From NCBI GenBank assembly GCA_905178155.1, contig CAJINV010000002.1, positions 208,354 to 272,353 of the forward strand: a stretch of DNA of 64,000 bases, given 5' to 3'. This document shows, piece after piece, positions 12,001 to 24,077 of the stretch. Source of the DNA: Amoebophrya sp. A120. Lineage: Eukaryota > Protista > Dinoflagellata. The notes beneath the pieces were generated by a model that did no database searches, was not told where the DNA came from, and saw only the letters and a program-made list of their open reading frames with translations. The position numbers were made by a program, and so were the translations under genes. The first letter of the stretch is position 1, and each line of letters starts with the position of its first letter.

Positions 12001-15000
12001 ACCACGAGGACCATTCGTATTTGCTGCAGAAGATGAGGAGGAGGAGGAGGAGGAGACTGAAACACGACCCGTACCAGTTCCTGCAGCCGTTTCTTTTTCT
12101 CCATTTAATATCGTAGATGAAGAAGAAGAAGCTCTTGCACTTGTACTACAACTATCAGGAGCTACAATTGTCTCCACCCCGAACTTGTGTCTCAATTCCA
12201 TAAGACGAAAGAAATCCTTCTCGTCCAAGGAAACGCTCAGCCCAGTTCCACACTCGGACTCGTGCACGTTAAAGTTCACCGGCGCCCTATCCTGTGTAAA
12301 AACGTCCCGACCCCATAGCCAAGATGGCAAATCTGCTAGACAAATCTGCAAGCTTTGGCTGGTGCGCATGACAAGCTTGGCATCGTAGTGTAATCCTGTT
12401 TAGCTAGGTCAGCAGCATCACAGATCTACCTTGTTATGCTGATTGGAGAATGGCAAACTCCGACACACGGCTAGAAAATGCTTCTCACGGGGCTCCGCAT
12501 GAGAAATGTTTTCAACATGCAGATTTGCATTACAACTATGGGGTGGAGGCGTTTTTACAGAGGATACGCCCCTGCCGGGCCCACCTCTTTTCCATCCTTG
12601 TTCAATGGCTGCAGGGACAAAACATCGCCTATCGCAAGGAAAAATCCCCCCTCCCCATATTGAAGAGGTAGGTTTTCGAAAATTTGTGTTGCTGCTTTGA
12701 GGTCACAAATCGCGTTTGTGTTGCAAGAAGACAAAGGCAGCAGCTTCCGTCCCATTATGGAGGCGGTTTGTCATGCTGTTGAGCCAACATCACGGACGCT
12801 TTTCATGCTAAGCGCCTAAGTCAGAGCCTCTCTACTCAGGCTTGATATGGGTCTGCAGTCCTCTCCAGCAAGACATATGCGATTTGTGTACTCAAATACA
12901 GCAACACAAATTTCGCTTTCGATATGGGGAGGGGGGATTATTCCTCACAATATCGCCTTTAGTGTAACTGTCCGGTGGGGGCATATTAACCCAGAAGTCG
13001 AAGCCAGTGCCGTCACCAGGCTCGACCCTGATGCTAACGCAGTCTATTTTTGGAGGTGTAGAAGTCTCCTCGTTTTTAGTTCTATCTTCACTTGCAGGGG
13101 ATGAGGATGAAGAAGATGGTGCTGTTCTTTCAGGTCCACCAGAAACCGGCTGCTCTCCCGCAGTAGTTTCAACACCGTCTCTTTGTGCAGAAGCAGTGCC
13201 AGCAGCTGCGCCAGCGGAAGTATGCGTAGTTGGAGGTGCACGACCAGAGGTTTCGTTTTCACCAGGCTGCAGGTTCTTGTTGTTATCGCCGGGGGTCGTG
13301 GTAGTTGTACCGCGAGATGTTGACCGGCCCTCCGTTTTTTCTTCTCCCTCCACATTGCAGAACTCCTCGACCGAGAGCAGCCTCGTGCCCGCTCTCGTGG
13401 ACGTCCCTGTGGCCGTCGTGCTTTCGATGTTGGAACTACCTTCGTTGTTCTGCTGATTTAGATTTGCATTTTGATTTTGATTTTCGTTTTGATTTTCCTT
13501 TTGCTGTTTCTGTTCCTGTTCTCGCAAGGGTATTATGGATTGCAAAAATGTCTGGGTCTGGACGATTGCCAGATTTTGTCATGCAGGTTTTCCATGGCCC
13601 ATGAGGTCTGGTATGTGGGACATAGCATGACAGATTCTGCGAGACCTTTCTCATGCCTATCCTGCATGAGAAACTGCCTCTCGATTAGGTCAAAAGTGGA
13701 CAGCTTTTGGTAAACACGCAGCACAGATTTTTGCATGCTTCAGATTTAGCATAACAAGTTGCATTCTTCCAGACCCAGACATGTTTACATTTGATAGATA
13801 TCACCTCCTTCCGGATTTTCACCACCTCGGCCGGATTCCGCACCAGTTTAAACTGCTTTCCCCGCACCGATATCAAATGCAAAAATGTCTGGGCCTGGAA
13901 ACTTGTCATGCTGAATTGGCGAGACTGAAATACTTTCCAATGCAGCCAAGCATGACAATTTTGCAGAGCACTTTCTCACGCGCACTCCGCATGAGAAACA
14001 GGGCTTTTGTATGACAAAAACGCGCACACTCTTGCTAGTCATGCAATACAGATTTTACAGGAGTGTAGGGCTAGCATTACAAGTTCCATATTTCCAGACC
14101 CAGACATATTTGCAATGCATAATCGAAATCGCCCACACCCCCGCGGAGAGCCCGAGCCGCGCACGGAAACGGTTGAGCCCTGTCTTGAAGTTTTCCGGTT
14201 TATTGTCGGAGATCAAAACTTCGCTCGGGAAGATTTTGCTCAGAATCGTGTAGCTGTCAGTTGTCTTGTTGTATTCCTCGACCTTCATCCCCCGGACGGT
14301 TCCCAGCTCCGCGTATTCCTCCTCAATGGCCTGCTTTCCGATTACAAAACTGGCATACGCAGTGCCGAAGGGCAGGCGGGGTACGGGTCGTCTGCGGCGT
14401 GGTGGAGGTGCGGGGCGTGGTTCTCGCACCTCGTCCTGCTTGTCTTATGCATTGCAAAAGTATCGTACTCTAGTATAAAATGCATTACAAATTTTGCCAG
14501 CAGGAGAAATAAAGTCTGTCATGCAAATTTACCTTTAAGGAAATGGAAAACATTTGTAATGCATGACTGCAATTACTACGAGTACGATACTTTTGCACAG
14601 GATATGTCTTTGTCTTTGTCTCCACCCTCGGTGGACGTCGGGCTCCTCGTTGACCCTTCATTATCAACGCTTTTGCCGCCGTTGTCTTCAACGTCGACCT
14701 GCTCGCGCTCGGTGGAGGGTGAAGATGGAGCAGCGCCGCTATTTGCTGCATTCTCCCCGTCCACTTGTTGAACTTGTACTTGATCATCGCATTTGTCTTT
14801 ATTTTCTCCATCATTTTCCTCTGCTTTCTCTTCAAAAAGCTTTTCAATTGCCGGCGGGTTTTTGCATTCGAAGCTCCCGTTCACAATCCGGTCTCGGTTT
14901 GCGTCGTAGTAGTCGTAAAAGGCCTTCGTCCAGGCCAGGTTTATCTCTTCCTGTGTCTGGTGTCCGCGTGGTCGCCTCCGTGTCTGTGTCTGTCCCTCCT

Positions 15001-17432
15001 CGCGACCACGCCCACTGGCCTGCAGATTGTTGTTCATCATGCGCCTCTCCGCCGTTTCACGTTCCGCCATCGCGCCCCTGTCGTCCTCGAAGACACACGT
15101 CGACCAGTCCAGCGGCTCACCAGAGGTGTCCACGTACGACGAGCCATTATTTTGCCGGATGGTGGGCTGCGTTAAAAGTTTTGCGCCGACGTACTCCCTA
15201 TGCACTGCAAAAGTATCGTACTCGTATAAATGCATTACAAATTTCCTCAGCATGAGAAATAAAACTTGTAATGCGGATTTAGCTTGAGAACAAGATTTGT
15301 GATGCATGTTTGCAATTACTACGAGTACGATACTTTTGCACAGGATACTCCCTGGTATAGTAGTTCACCAAGTTCGGGTCTTCCCCCGGGGGTAATGCTA
15401 ATATCAAATGCAAAAATGTCTGGGTCTGGATGTCATGCAGATTTTACATGACACATGACGTCTGTAATGCATAACCTGGCATCACAGATTTTCAGCGGGC
15501 TTTCTGATGCCTATCCCGCATGAGAAATACCCTCTCCATGTAGTATAAACTGGAGCCCTCTTGCTGGTCATGCAAGACAGATTTTTGTATAATCCAGAGA
15601 CAGCATCACAAGTTGCAATCTTCCAGGCCCAGACATTTTTACAGTTGATAGCTAATCCGCTGCTGCAATTGCTCAAGTCCTCTTGAAACCGCATCGCCTG
15701 TTCAGCGAGGCTGGCCCACGGGATGTCGTCGGTGGTACGGGCCCGGGGCCTTAGAGTTGACGTTATCCCCGGCTGTTCTTGCCGGTGCGAACCAAGTTCA
15801 AACTCCTGCCGTCTCGCCGCCAGTCGGCCGACCCTGGGGGACCGTCGCACTGCGTCCGGAGTAGAGAGGTCTTCACCTTCAGTGGTGCGTGCTACTACTG
15901 GAAGCTGTTGCGCTTCACGCAAGGATGGTACCTGTTCAAGTTCCGAGCGGTTAGTTGTATTCTCGGTCGTGGTCAAGGAATTGTTTGTTGCACTAGAACT
16001 ACCCGGTGAACCACCGGGAGGCGGGAAAGCAGAAGTCTGTTGAGAAGTCGCAGTCGCGGAAGTTGCAGGGGTGTTGGAGCGTGGTCCAGTTGCAGCTTCG
16101 TTGCCATTTGGTGTCGTCGTGGATCCTGTATTGATAGAAGAGGAATCGCCGGCACCACGACGACGCGTGGGGCCCTGTGTCTGCGCCGTCGTGGGAGCAG
16201 CTCCTGCGAGTCTTCGTCTTGTACTAGAAGTGAAAGCTGATATAATTGCCGAGGGAGTTCCGGGTCCGGCTGTAGGTGTAGAAGTTTTCGGTAGTTGTAC
16301 ATGTAGTTGGTTGCTATCAGCTGGGAGTTGTAGTTGCGTCCTTGGCCGATTTGAATTATTCCTCGTCGGCGCGACGGTGTTTTGTACGGTGGAAGAAGCC
16401 GCTCCTGTTGCAGGTCCCGCACCACCACCAGCAGCCAGTCGCGCTGCTGCAGAAGCAGCTGCTGCAGGGGCTCGCTCTCTCGTTCTCGTCGCGTTTAATG
16501 TGCCTCCTGCGGAAGCAGTAGAAGGAGTGGAAGTAGCACTGGTACCAGAACCAGCCTGCCCCACAGAATTACTTGCCGGAGCTGTTGCTGTAATGTCGCC
16601 GCGCAAGTTTTGTTCGTTCTCATTCGCGTTATTGTCCTTCGCCTCCCTTTCCTTCTCGATCTCCGACGCCCTAGCCACGTATCCTGTGCAAAAGTATCGC
16701 ACTCGTATTGCGATCACGCATCACAAATCTCTTTCTCAAGGTAGATCTGCATTACAAAAAATTCAAATAAATATTTCTCATGCTGAGGAAATTTGTATTG
16801 CCTTTCTACGAGTACGACAGTTTTGCAGTTCATACAACGACCGCCGACGCAATTTTTTGCGCCGCAGAAAGTGCTTCCGCCGGACAGAACGTCGCTAGCA
16901 GCGCCGCCGTCGCCTGGTCGAGGTGCTTGGGAAGGTCTTGCCCCAACGAAATTCGCGCTGCTGTGTCCCGGAAAAGTTCGACCAGGTGGTCTTTTGTGGC
17001 TTGGTCGTTCAGGTGGAAAACTGGAGCGGCCGGTGCGGGTGCTGCGAGCGCAGTTGTTGTTGTTCCAGTCGTCTGAGAGCTGGTTTGGTTCCTGGTTGTA
17101 CTGGAGGGTTGTCCTGGTGTTGGTGTACGACTAGCACTAGCAGCCGGAGGAGCTACAACTTGCTGCCGAGCAGTTGTCGATGTGGTACCTCCAGACCGGC
17201 TTGCTTGTTCTTCTCGCGAAGTAGCCAGGGGAGGAGCAGCGGCAGTAGATCCGGGTCCGCCTGGTGCAACAACCACAGAGTTGTTGACGCGGGTAGAAGA
17301 AGTCGCGCTGGATGATGACGACGGTGTGGGCAACATCGCACCATTAGCCGGGCCGCTCACTGCCGCATTCGGTCCGCTGGTAGCCGGGACCATTTTGGTC
17401 GTGTTTTTGGCACGTCGCTTGTTGCCGGGCAT
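1..17432 (-). CDS. Gene 1: very large low-complexity (S/T/A/Q/E-rich) protein of unknown function, 28 introns, >3,600 aa, runs off the window start
   Basis: ATG at 17432 (MPGNKRRAK). Removing 27 introners (+5 nt each) and one GT-AG intron joins ORFs 16830..17600, 15482..16717, 14576..15307, 12892..13545, 9555..10676, 4428..6344, 1898..3130, 635..1834 and smaller exons into one open frame down to position 1. Confidence 0.8.
480..758. mobile_element. Introner family A (TIR TATCCTGAGTAAAAACGTACCCACACCAGAG)
   Basis: ~30-bp TIR, TSD TTGCT/TTGCT; removal restores frame (TSS-NSGALP). Confidence 0.93.
1648..1909. mobile_element. Introner family B (TIR TATCAAATGYAAAAATGTCTGGGTCTGGAA)
   Basis: TIR, TSD AGGAG/AGGAG; frame restored. 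Confidence 0.93.
1960..2104. mobile_element. Introner family C (TIR core GCAAAAGTATCGTACTCGTA)
   Basis: TIR, TSD GTTCA/GTTCA; frame restored. Confidence 0.93.
3076..3285 (-). other. Probable canonical GT-AG intron carrying relic introner motifs
   Basis: Minus strand CAG|GTATTT ... AAAACAG|; joins SSRA-G-SYNG in frame; no TIR. Confidence 0.6.
3425..3686. mobile_element. Introner family B
   Basis: TIR, TSD CCGCT/CCGCT; frame restored. Confidence 0.92.
3726..3876. mobile_element. Introner family C (opposite orientation to 1960)
   Basis: TIR, TSD GCCCG/GCCCG; frame restored. Confidence 0.92.
3990..4258. mobile_element. Introner family B
   Basis: TIR, TSD CAACA/CGACA. Confidence 0.9.
4309..4543. 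mobile_element. Introner family D (TIR TATGGAGTTCTCAAATGTTACATTCTCAACTGTTACATG)
   Basis: ~40-bp TIR, TSD CAGAA/CAGAA. Confidence 0.92.
6264..6411. mobile_element. Introner family E (TIR TATCACACAGAAAAAAGCTGGCAGGGCATATTTG)
   Basis: Long near-perfect TIR, TSD GACCT/GACCT. Confidence 0.92.
6461..6613. mobile_element. Introner family C
   Basis: TIR, TSD CCTCC/CCTCC. Confidence 0.92.
6951..7213. mobile_element. Introner family B
   Basis: TIR, TSD CCCCA/CCCCA. Confidence 0.92.
7306..7584. mobile_element. Introner family A
   Basis: TIR, TSD AGGGG/AGGGG. Confidence 0.93.
7767..7988. mobile_element. Introner family F (TIR TATGACAGTGCACAACTCCC)
   Basis: TIR, TSD CGGCG/CAGCG. Confidence 0.9.
8584..8893. 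mobile_element. Introner family G (TIR TATGGATGTGTCAGGATTGAAATCG)
   Basis: 25-bp TIR; no recognisable TSD, but element+5 nt keeps frame. Confidence 0.85.
9026..9307. mobile_element. Introner family B
   Basis: TIR, TSD ACTCT/ACTCT. Confidence 0.9.
9472..9622. mobile_element. Introner family C
   Basis: TIR with altered right tip, TSD CTTGC/CTTGC. Confidence 0.88.
10535..10722. mobile_element. Introner family C, degenerate
   Basis: Degenerate TIR, TSD not conserved; element+5 nt keeps frame. Confidence 0.8.
10769..11030. mobile_element. Introner family B
   Basis: TIR, TSD AAGTT/AGGTT. Confidence 0.9.
11232..11485. mobile_element. Introner family B
   Basis: TIR, TSD ATCTG/ATCTG. Confidence 0.92.
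11563..11679. mobile_element. Short, highly degenerate introner
   Basis: TATGCAAC...GTCGCATT, flanks TTCCG/TTCCT, internal TTGTNATGC motifs; 122-nt removal keeps frame. Confidence 0.6.
12288..12566. mobile_element. Introner family A (divergent interior)
   Basis: TIR, TSD CGCCC/CGCCC. Confidence 0.9.
12630..12952. mobile_element. Introner family H (TIR TATCGCAAGGAAAAATCCCCCCTCCCCATAT)
   Basis: TIR, TSD TCGCC/TCGCC; near-identical inverted copy at 54990-55312. Confidence 0.93.
13534..13796. mobile_element. Introner family B
   Basis: TIR, TSD GGTAT/GATAT. Confidence 0.9.
13871..14121. mobile_element. Introner family B
   Basis: TIR, TSD ACCGA/ATCGA. Confidence 0.9.
14446..14604. mobile_element. 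Introner family C
   Basis: TIR, TSD TGTCT/TGTCT. Confidence 0.92.
15199..15347. mobile_element. Introner family C
   Basis: TIR, TSD CTCCC/CTCCC. Confidence 0.92.
15402..15650. mobile_element. Introner family B
   Basis: TIR, TSD GCTAA/GCTAA. Confidence 0.92.
16680..16834. mobile_element. Introner family C
   Basis: TIR, TSD CCACG/CAACG. Confidence 0.9.
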
Positions 17433-20147
17433 GGTTTTTTTTAGGGGGGATGAGGAGCAATGTGTGAGATACTTGACAATGTGGGTTTGCAAGGAGTCGC
17501 TGTGAAGGAGCACTTGTGTTTGCTGGAAGTGGGTCGCTATACTGCAAAAGAACAAGCTAGGGCAATACAATAGAACTACACTATATAAAATCGCTTGCAA
17601 GAATAGGGTAGTAAAATGATTTTTTTCCGGCTTTTTACTCGTGCCGCCGAAACGGTCTAGTGCACAGATTTTTTGGTATAGATAACGTTGCGTCGCTTTA
17701 TCAAGCCTGCTATCAGAATCAGACTAAGATATGTTGATCCCGGAACCTATATCTAGGTCTTCTTCATCAAGTTTTTCTTCCTGACTGGAAAACCTTTTTG
17801 TGACATGCACATGTGTGGAAAATAAGCGTCAGAAATAAAAGTTGAGGCAATACTGGACGATAGCCACCATTATGGTGCACAAGTTGTGATTGCAAAAATG
17901 CAGGGAGAGTGTCGGTTTCGCGGTACGTACGGTAGCTCAGCAAGTCTCGGATCTGTGGGTCTGCAATGACAACGCAACACCAACATGGAACAGCAGTTGC
18001 AAGGCTGCATAAAGTGCCTAGACGGCAATGCGGCAGGACCATCGTCAAACCGGCCCTGTTTTAGCAGTGCCCAAGCTGATCCGCCTCAATTCACCGCATG
18101 GGCGCCGGGCTGGGTCGCTGGGTACTCAATCTCAAACCAATCTCGCCCAGTGCTTCCCACACGGATACGGCCGAAGAGGGGCAGTGGCTGGCTGGGCCGC
18201 GCAGCAACAATGCCAAAAGCTAGGTGTTGGCGGTGCCGCGCATACTGCATGGGGGGCGGGCAAGCTTCGTTCTCGCCGGCCACTCCCACCCTCCGATGAA
18301 TGTCAGGGCCTTCGTTCGCCGGCGCCCCCTTGGCCCACAAGAAACCACCGCGGGCCAACACCGACGGGCCCACAACCCTGGCCGCCCCCCCGGAATTCAA
18401 GCTCGGCACGCCGGGGCGCCCCGGGCTAGTCAGCGAGGGAGCGAGCGGCCCGGGCGCGCCGCCGGCGCTCCTCGCTCGGCCCCTTGGATTGTTGGCCACC
18501 TTGCCATAGGACGCCGCCAGGCGCCCAGGCCTGTCCAGCTGCAGGCAGACACGCACGCGCAGACGGCGCACGGCCGGCCCGAGCTCTGCAAAGAGCCGCG
18601 GCCCGACAACTCCGTCATCCCATCGGCAGGCGGCTCGCGCCCCGCTTCCCCTGCCGCGCCCGGGGCTCGGTTGCTCCTTAGCCTTGGCTGTGGCCGCGCG
18701 ACAGGCCCCCAGCGGCCCCGCGGCCCCTTGGGCGCGCGGGCGGGGCCGCGCAATGTAGGGCCGAAGGCACCACGCGGCGCAACTTCGCGCCAGCGCGGCG
18801 GAAGGGCCCGGGGGGAAGCGCAGCCGGCTGCGGATCACATGGAAGAACGCGCCTGCAGGGCGTTCGCAGTCGCCGCCCTGATGCATGGCGCCACGCCCGC
18901 CATGGCGCCCCCGGTCTGCTCAACCTTCGGCGACGTGGAGGGCCGCTTCCTGTAGCTTCGCAGCCGTAAACCACTGCGCGAGCCCTTCGGCCGTGGCACG
19001 CCGCCGCATTTTCAGGATGTAGCCGCTGGCCTCTGTCTCTAAGGTCCTGCAGTAACTGCCTGGCCGAGGTCCGCAAGCATTTGCATTCCTCTGGCGTCTG
19101 CGGCCGGCTGCTTGATGCTGGCAAAGCCCCTGCCTCTCCCGTGCGCTCGCTTTAACGATTCCGCCGGCATCCACGCCTCGGGCTCTTCGGACTGGGTATA
19201 GTCCCAATTTTGGGCGACCTCGGGATCGTCGACCAGAGGGCGACCATCTTGATCGACCAGCCAGCTCGGCAAACGGCCGCCAGAACGGTCGCCGAATTTG
19301 CAGCGCCCGGCCGCCGGGGTGATGCGTCGCCAGGCCGCCGGGCTAGGACGCCACGGCGCACGTTCTCGCGCTGCTTGATTTGCGGAAACAGATCGCACAA
19401 AACTCCAGACGAAAATAAATGGAGGCCCCTGCAGCGAAAGCTGGTAGCGCTAGGCCCGCCGAACTCAGGCAGCCTCGGCTCACCTATTAACGAACATCAG
19501 AGAAAACACTTGGCGGCGCGACCGAACGGAACAGCGCCGTTGAGCATTCATGTTGACTCACGGACAAACTTATCTAGATCCTTTCACTTTCGCTGCTCGT
19601 GCGTGTTTCGTGTTTTTTCAATCTCAAGTCAATCTTTGGAAACAACGGAATGCAGCAGAAAACGGCTTCATCTCCAAAGTGTTTCTACTTCTTCATCTGT
19701 CTACACTTTACAACTGTTTTCAGCTTCGGGCGGTTTCAACAGACAGGTAAAAAAAATAATTATAAATAGTTTCGGAACAAAACAAATCCTACCGCTTCAT
19801 GCCTTTCTATAACCTAGATATTTCTGTATTCGTATTATACCTGTAGCACGACAAAAATAAGTTCCGTGCCAGTAGCTGTAGTGCAGCTATAAAGGCAATT
19901 CCATCTGTATTCTCGCTTTAGTTATTCTTCCGTATAGACAAAGTACACCTACATCTCCCAGTTTCGAAACAGTGAACTGCCCCTGCAAGTCGTGCTGTCA
20001 ACTTCTACTTGGCATAACCACAATAACAAAAGATTCAGATCGGACTTCGCTTTATCAAACCTTCATCAACTATATTGAGACATCTGTATTCATAGATCTT
20101 TTTTTTTGCGTTGTATTAGTACGAGAAATTTCTAAAAAGGCGTTCAC

Positions 20148-23100
20148 TCAAATCAGAAACAGGCCCTTTCCACCCAACTCCGCCTCCGCGCCCTGCTCTC
20201 GTTGTTTTTGGTTGTGCTTATTATCGCTATCTTCCCGATTAACTCCCCCGTGCCCCTGCGGCACACTCCTGTTTGTAGCGTCTTTTTGTAGTACTGCCGG
20301 ACCCCCTTGTTGCACACTAACTGGGTGGTCGTGTTGAGCCGTGGCAGAAGTCAGGCCAGCATCATCGTCCACGATCCGATCCCGCATTTTCTGCAACTTC
20401 GCCTCTAATTCCGAGGAGCAAGAACCCGTGCTCCCCCCCGCAGCGGATGAACCTCCAGGCTGCAATGCTTGTTCCGTCGAACCAGTAGCAGTACAACTCG
20501 GGGTGCTGGTTGGACTTGTAGACGTTGCAGACACGAGTTTGGTGTTCATGATGTTCCCTGTTGATGCACTTGGACTGCGGAGTTGGAGTAGCGGTTGTGA
20601 TGTTGATGCAGAGCTCGGCGAAGCAGGTGTTGCTGTTGGTGTTGTTCTTGTTCCAGCAGTTCCTGCACAAGAACGCCCAGTGTCAGTGGTTTCGTCCATC
20701 GGAACTGGTTTGTACGACGGAGAAGAAGAAGAACCAATCCCGGTGGTCAGCAGTTCTTGTAACGGTCCTTGTTTCATCGCGTCATGAGCCGCGGCTCCCA
20801 GTTGGACGGAATTTATTTCACCACGACACCCGCCGTTCTTTCCACTGCTATTCGGGCTGACAATCACGAAGCTGACTTCCGGCGAGGGTGAGCGGTCAAC
20901 AGCGGACTCAGCACAGTCGTTCTCTTTCATCTTTTATGCACTGCAAAAGCATCGTACTACGTCGTGTTGATTGCATTACAAATTGGCTCAGCATGAGAAA
21001 TGGAATTTGTCATGCTATTTTCCCTTCAGAAGAAGATTTGTCATGCGTAATTGCAATTACCAAGAGTACCACGATACTTGTTTTCCAATGCGTATCTTTT
21101 TCGAGAACGCCGAGCTCTCCTGAAATTCCTTCCGCTCCTTGATTTCCGCGTCCAGAAACTCCAACCGCAAATCAGAAAACCGCTCCCGCTTCCGCAAAAT
21201 GTGGTCCACAATGGTGCGGCAGTTGATGTGCCCCTCGGTGAACGCGTTCTCCGCTTGCTCTAAATCCTCTCTCCGCCGGGTGATTTCTTTTTTTCTCAAT
21301 TGCTGCAGTAGCTGAATCTCCTCCTTCGGTGTGGGTAAATCGTTAAGGGACGAAGTGGAGCTGCTCGTTGTGTCAAGTTGGTCGCTTTCGTGTCCCATTA
21401 TACCGGTGATGCCATTGTCGACGCTACCTCGTCCCGTACTGCACCCTGCTGGGGAGGAAGGTGTTGTTAAAATTGCCGGTCTTCCTCCTGCTGCGTCACC
21501 TGCGCTGCTCTCCGCTGGAGGCGAGGATTCGTCTTCATTACCTCCACTCGGTGAAGAAGATCCCCCAGAACTCCCACACCCGTCCACGCTCATCCTACCT
21601 CCGGAGGTAGTAGATCCACACGTGCTGTGTCTCCTGCGTCTCCTGGGCAGCACCTGCAAGTGCACAAAGTCCAGTTCCTCCCCGGCGAAAAACTCGTCCC
21701 CAGGCTGGTAATTCGTACACGAATACCCCGCGGCCTTTCGTTTTTTCATCTCCCGCAACTCTCGCGAAACGTAGTCCGGGTAGGTCGCGTCAACCGTGAG
21801 CTGGATTTGCTCGCCCGGGAGGAGGTTTTGCAGCCTGCTGGTGGAGGAAGAAGTTGTGGAAACCTCGTCGGCTGCTCCGGAGGACCTTCTAGATCGGCTG
21901 TTTTTAGTACTACTACGTGTTGCACTGGCCGCAGAAGAAGTAGTTGCGCGACCCCCGCCTGCCCCGCCGATGAGACTCAAATCATGCAGTCCCAAACTGT
22001 TCAACCGCCGCTCGATGTCCAACGTATCGAAATTTTTGTTCAGAACATTCGAGATCCACTTGCTCGTCTTCGCAAGCCCGCCAATTCGGCTTGCGGAGCT
22101 GGACCGCGGCACGGCTTTCAGGTTTGGCTTGCTCGAGGCGGCGGCCTTGATAAATTGCGAAGACGGGGTTTGCTGAAACGCCTGGTAGGCTGGGAGGGTT
22201 GGCTCGAGCAGGCTGTTGTGGAGGGTTTTCAGCGGGGACGGGGTGCTGGGGAGGTTTGGGTCGTGGTGACCTTCGGGAAGATCAGTAGTTGTTTCTCCGG
22301 TCGTGCACGACCGGTCTACTTTGGGGGAAGCTTCACTTGCACCACCAGCTGTTGTCATAGTTTTGGTTGATGTTTCTTCTACCACGAAGATTTCTTTCGC
22401 AGCATCAACACAACCCGTCCCCAAGGATCCTTCTCCACCAATGGCCCTGCCACTACTGGACCGCTGTTCTGGGTCTACTACATCCATGGCGGAAGCAGAA
22501 CCACCTCCGCGGGTGGGTCGTGATAATGTACCAGCACCATCACGGCCCTCACTCGTCCACGTTGATGACTCTTCGTCTCGCCCCGAGGCGCCGTCCGCTG
22601 AAGTCATCATACCTAGTTGGTCCACTTTCAGCCTGCGGGATGAAGTAGCTTTCGTCGCTGTAGAAGAAGGTGGTCCACCGCCCGTAGCAGGTGCAACAGA
22701 ACAACTGTTGGAGCCTTGTTCCTTCGACGGCGCTCGACCAGAATTGTAACCAGGGTTCGGAACTTTCGGGATGGGAAGCTGATGTTGTTCCACTGCGTTC
22801 TCGCCTGCTGATGCTGAGCCCACCGCAGTATTTTCTCCCATACAAGCTTTCCGTTTTTCCAGCATCCGTTTCAATTCGTCTGACAGCTCTTCCTTCTTTT
22901 TCGAAGCGGCGAGTACCGCTTCACCAAAGCCCAAGTTTGATGTTGTACTTGTGTCTGTTTCGCCACTATTACAATGAAAGATGCCCCCTCCCCATATCAA
23001 AACGGAAATCTGTGATGCAGATTTGTGCCCACAAATCAGCTTCGTGATGCTAGAAGGCAAAAGATGCGGACTGTAGTGCTGTCTAGCGTGGGAAAGCCTT

Positions 23101-23961
23101 GCAGCTCCAGGATGACAGGAGGCAGCTGGAAGTGGGAAACAGCATGACAGATTACCTGCACTTTAGGCCGCAGCTTCGTCTCTTGGCCTTCTAGCAATAC
23201 AAGTCGATTTGTGTACTCAAATACAGCATCACAAACTCGCGCATCTTCCGTTTCCGATATGGGGTGGGGGCTTTTTTGACTTTGATAACCACCACCTGCT
23301 GACCCGTCATCCGCCCGTTGTCGACGGAGCTGTAGCTTTATGAGAGGGCACAATCCCCCTCCCCATCATTTGTCATGCAAAACCCCAAATCCAGATGCTC
23401 GACTCCTGTGGTATTGTTTGCATCACAGATTCCGGAATCCCAAACAGTACTACACTAGACGCATCATGAGTTTGTCATGTACAGACTCCACCCGTGGCGC
23501 TGTTTCTATTGCTCTTCATGCAATACAAATGAGGGGGAGGGCGGGTTGTGCACTCTCATAAGCTTCGTCCGCAATTCCTCACTGATCTCTTCGGAGAAGT
23601 CTAGCCCGGAGGTCGGCGAGATTGGTTTATTACCTGGTGCTGCAGCGGACAGAGAGTCAGAGTGATCCTGAGCGGCTTCGGTTCTGGTGGACGGAGTAGC
23701 TAATTTTTGGTCAGGGTGCTGGTCCTCTGCAGCGGAAGTTGTTGTGCCCACTGGTATTGTTGTTTTGCCCGCATCCTTTTCTGCGTTGGCCGGGCTGGGA
23801 TTACCTGACGTGGCCTCGTCGTCGTCCGGTTGCTGTGTACCGAGGGAGGACAGTACGGACAACGCAGCGACGAACGGGCAACAAGGCGGTGGGGCGACGA
23901 AATGAAGAAGGGTTGATGAGCAGAACAGGGGTAGCCGACCACGCCAAGCGTGTAGCCGCAT
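20148..23961 (-). CDS. Gene 2: low-complexity S/T/G-rich protein with short coiled-coil-like segments, 3 introns; start uncertain
   Basis: ORFs 23506..24060, 23036..23353, 21057..23060 and 20148..20930 join in frame after removing 3 introners; stop at 20148. Confidence 0.72.
20935..21094. mobile_element. Introner family C, degenerate
   Basis: TIR, TSD TCTTT/TCTTT. Confidence 0.87.
22967..23287. mobile_element. Introner family H
   Basis: Imperfect TIR, TSD GCCAC/ACCAC. Confidence 0.87.
23339..23560. mobile_element. Introner family F
   Basis: TIR, TSD AGCTT/AGCTT. Confidence 0.9.
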
Positions 23962-24077
23962 CCTGTTTGATATATTGCCTGCAGCAATAAAGCAAACAAA
24001 AAGAATTGCTCGGCTTCGGTAAGTGCCGTGCTCTGGTGAGGTCTGGTTGTTTACTTGCACTTTACCTCAGTGGTGAC

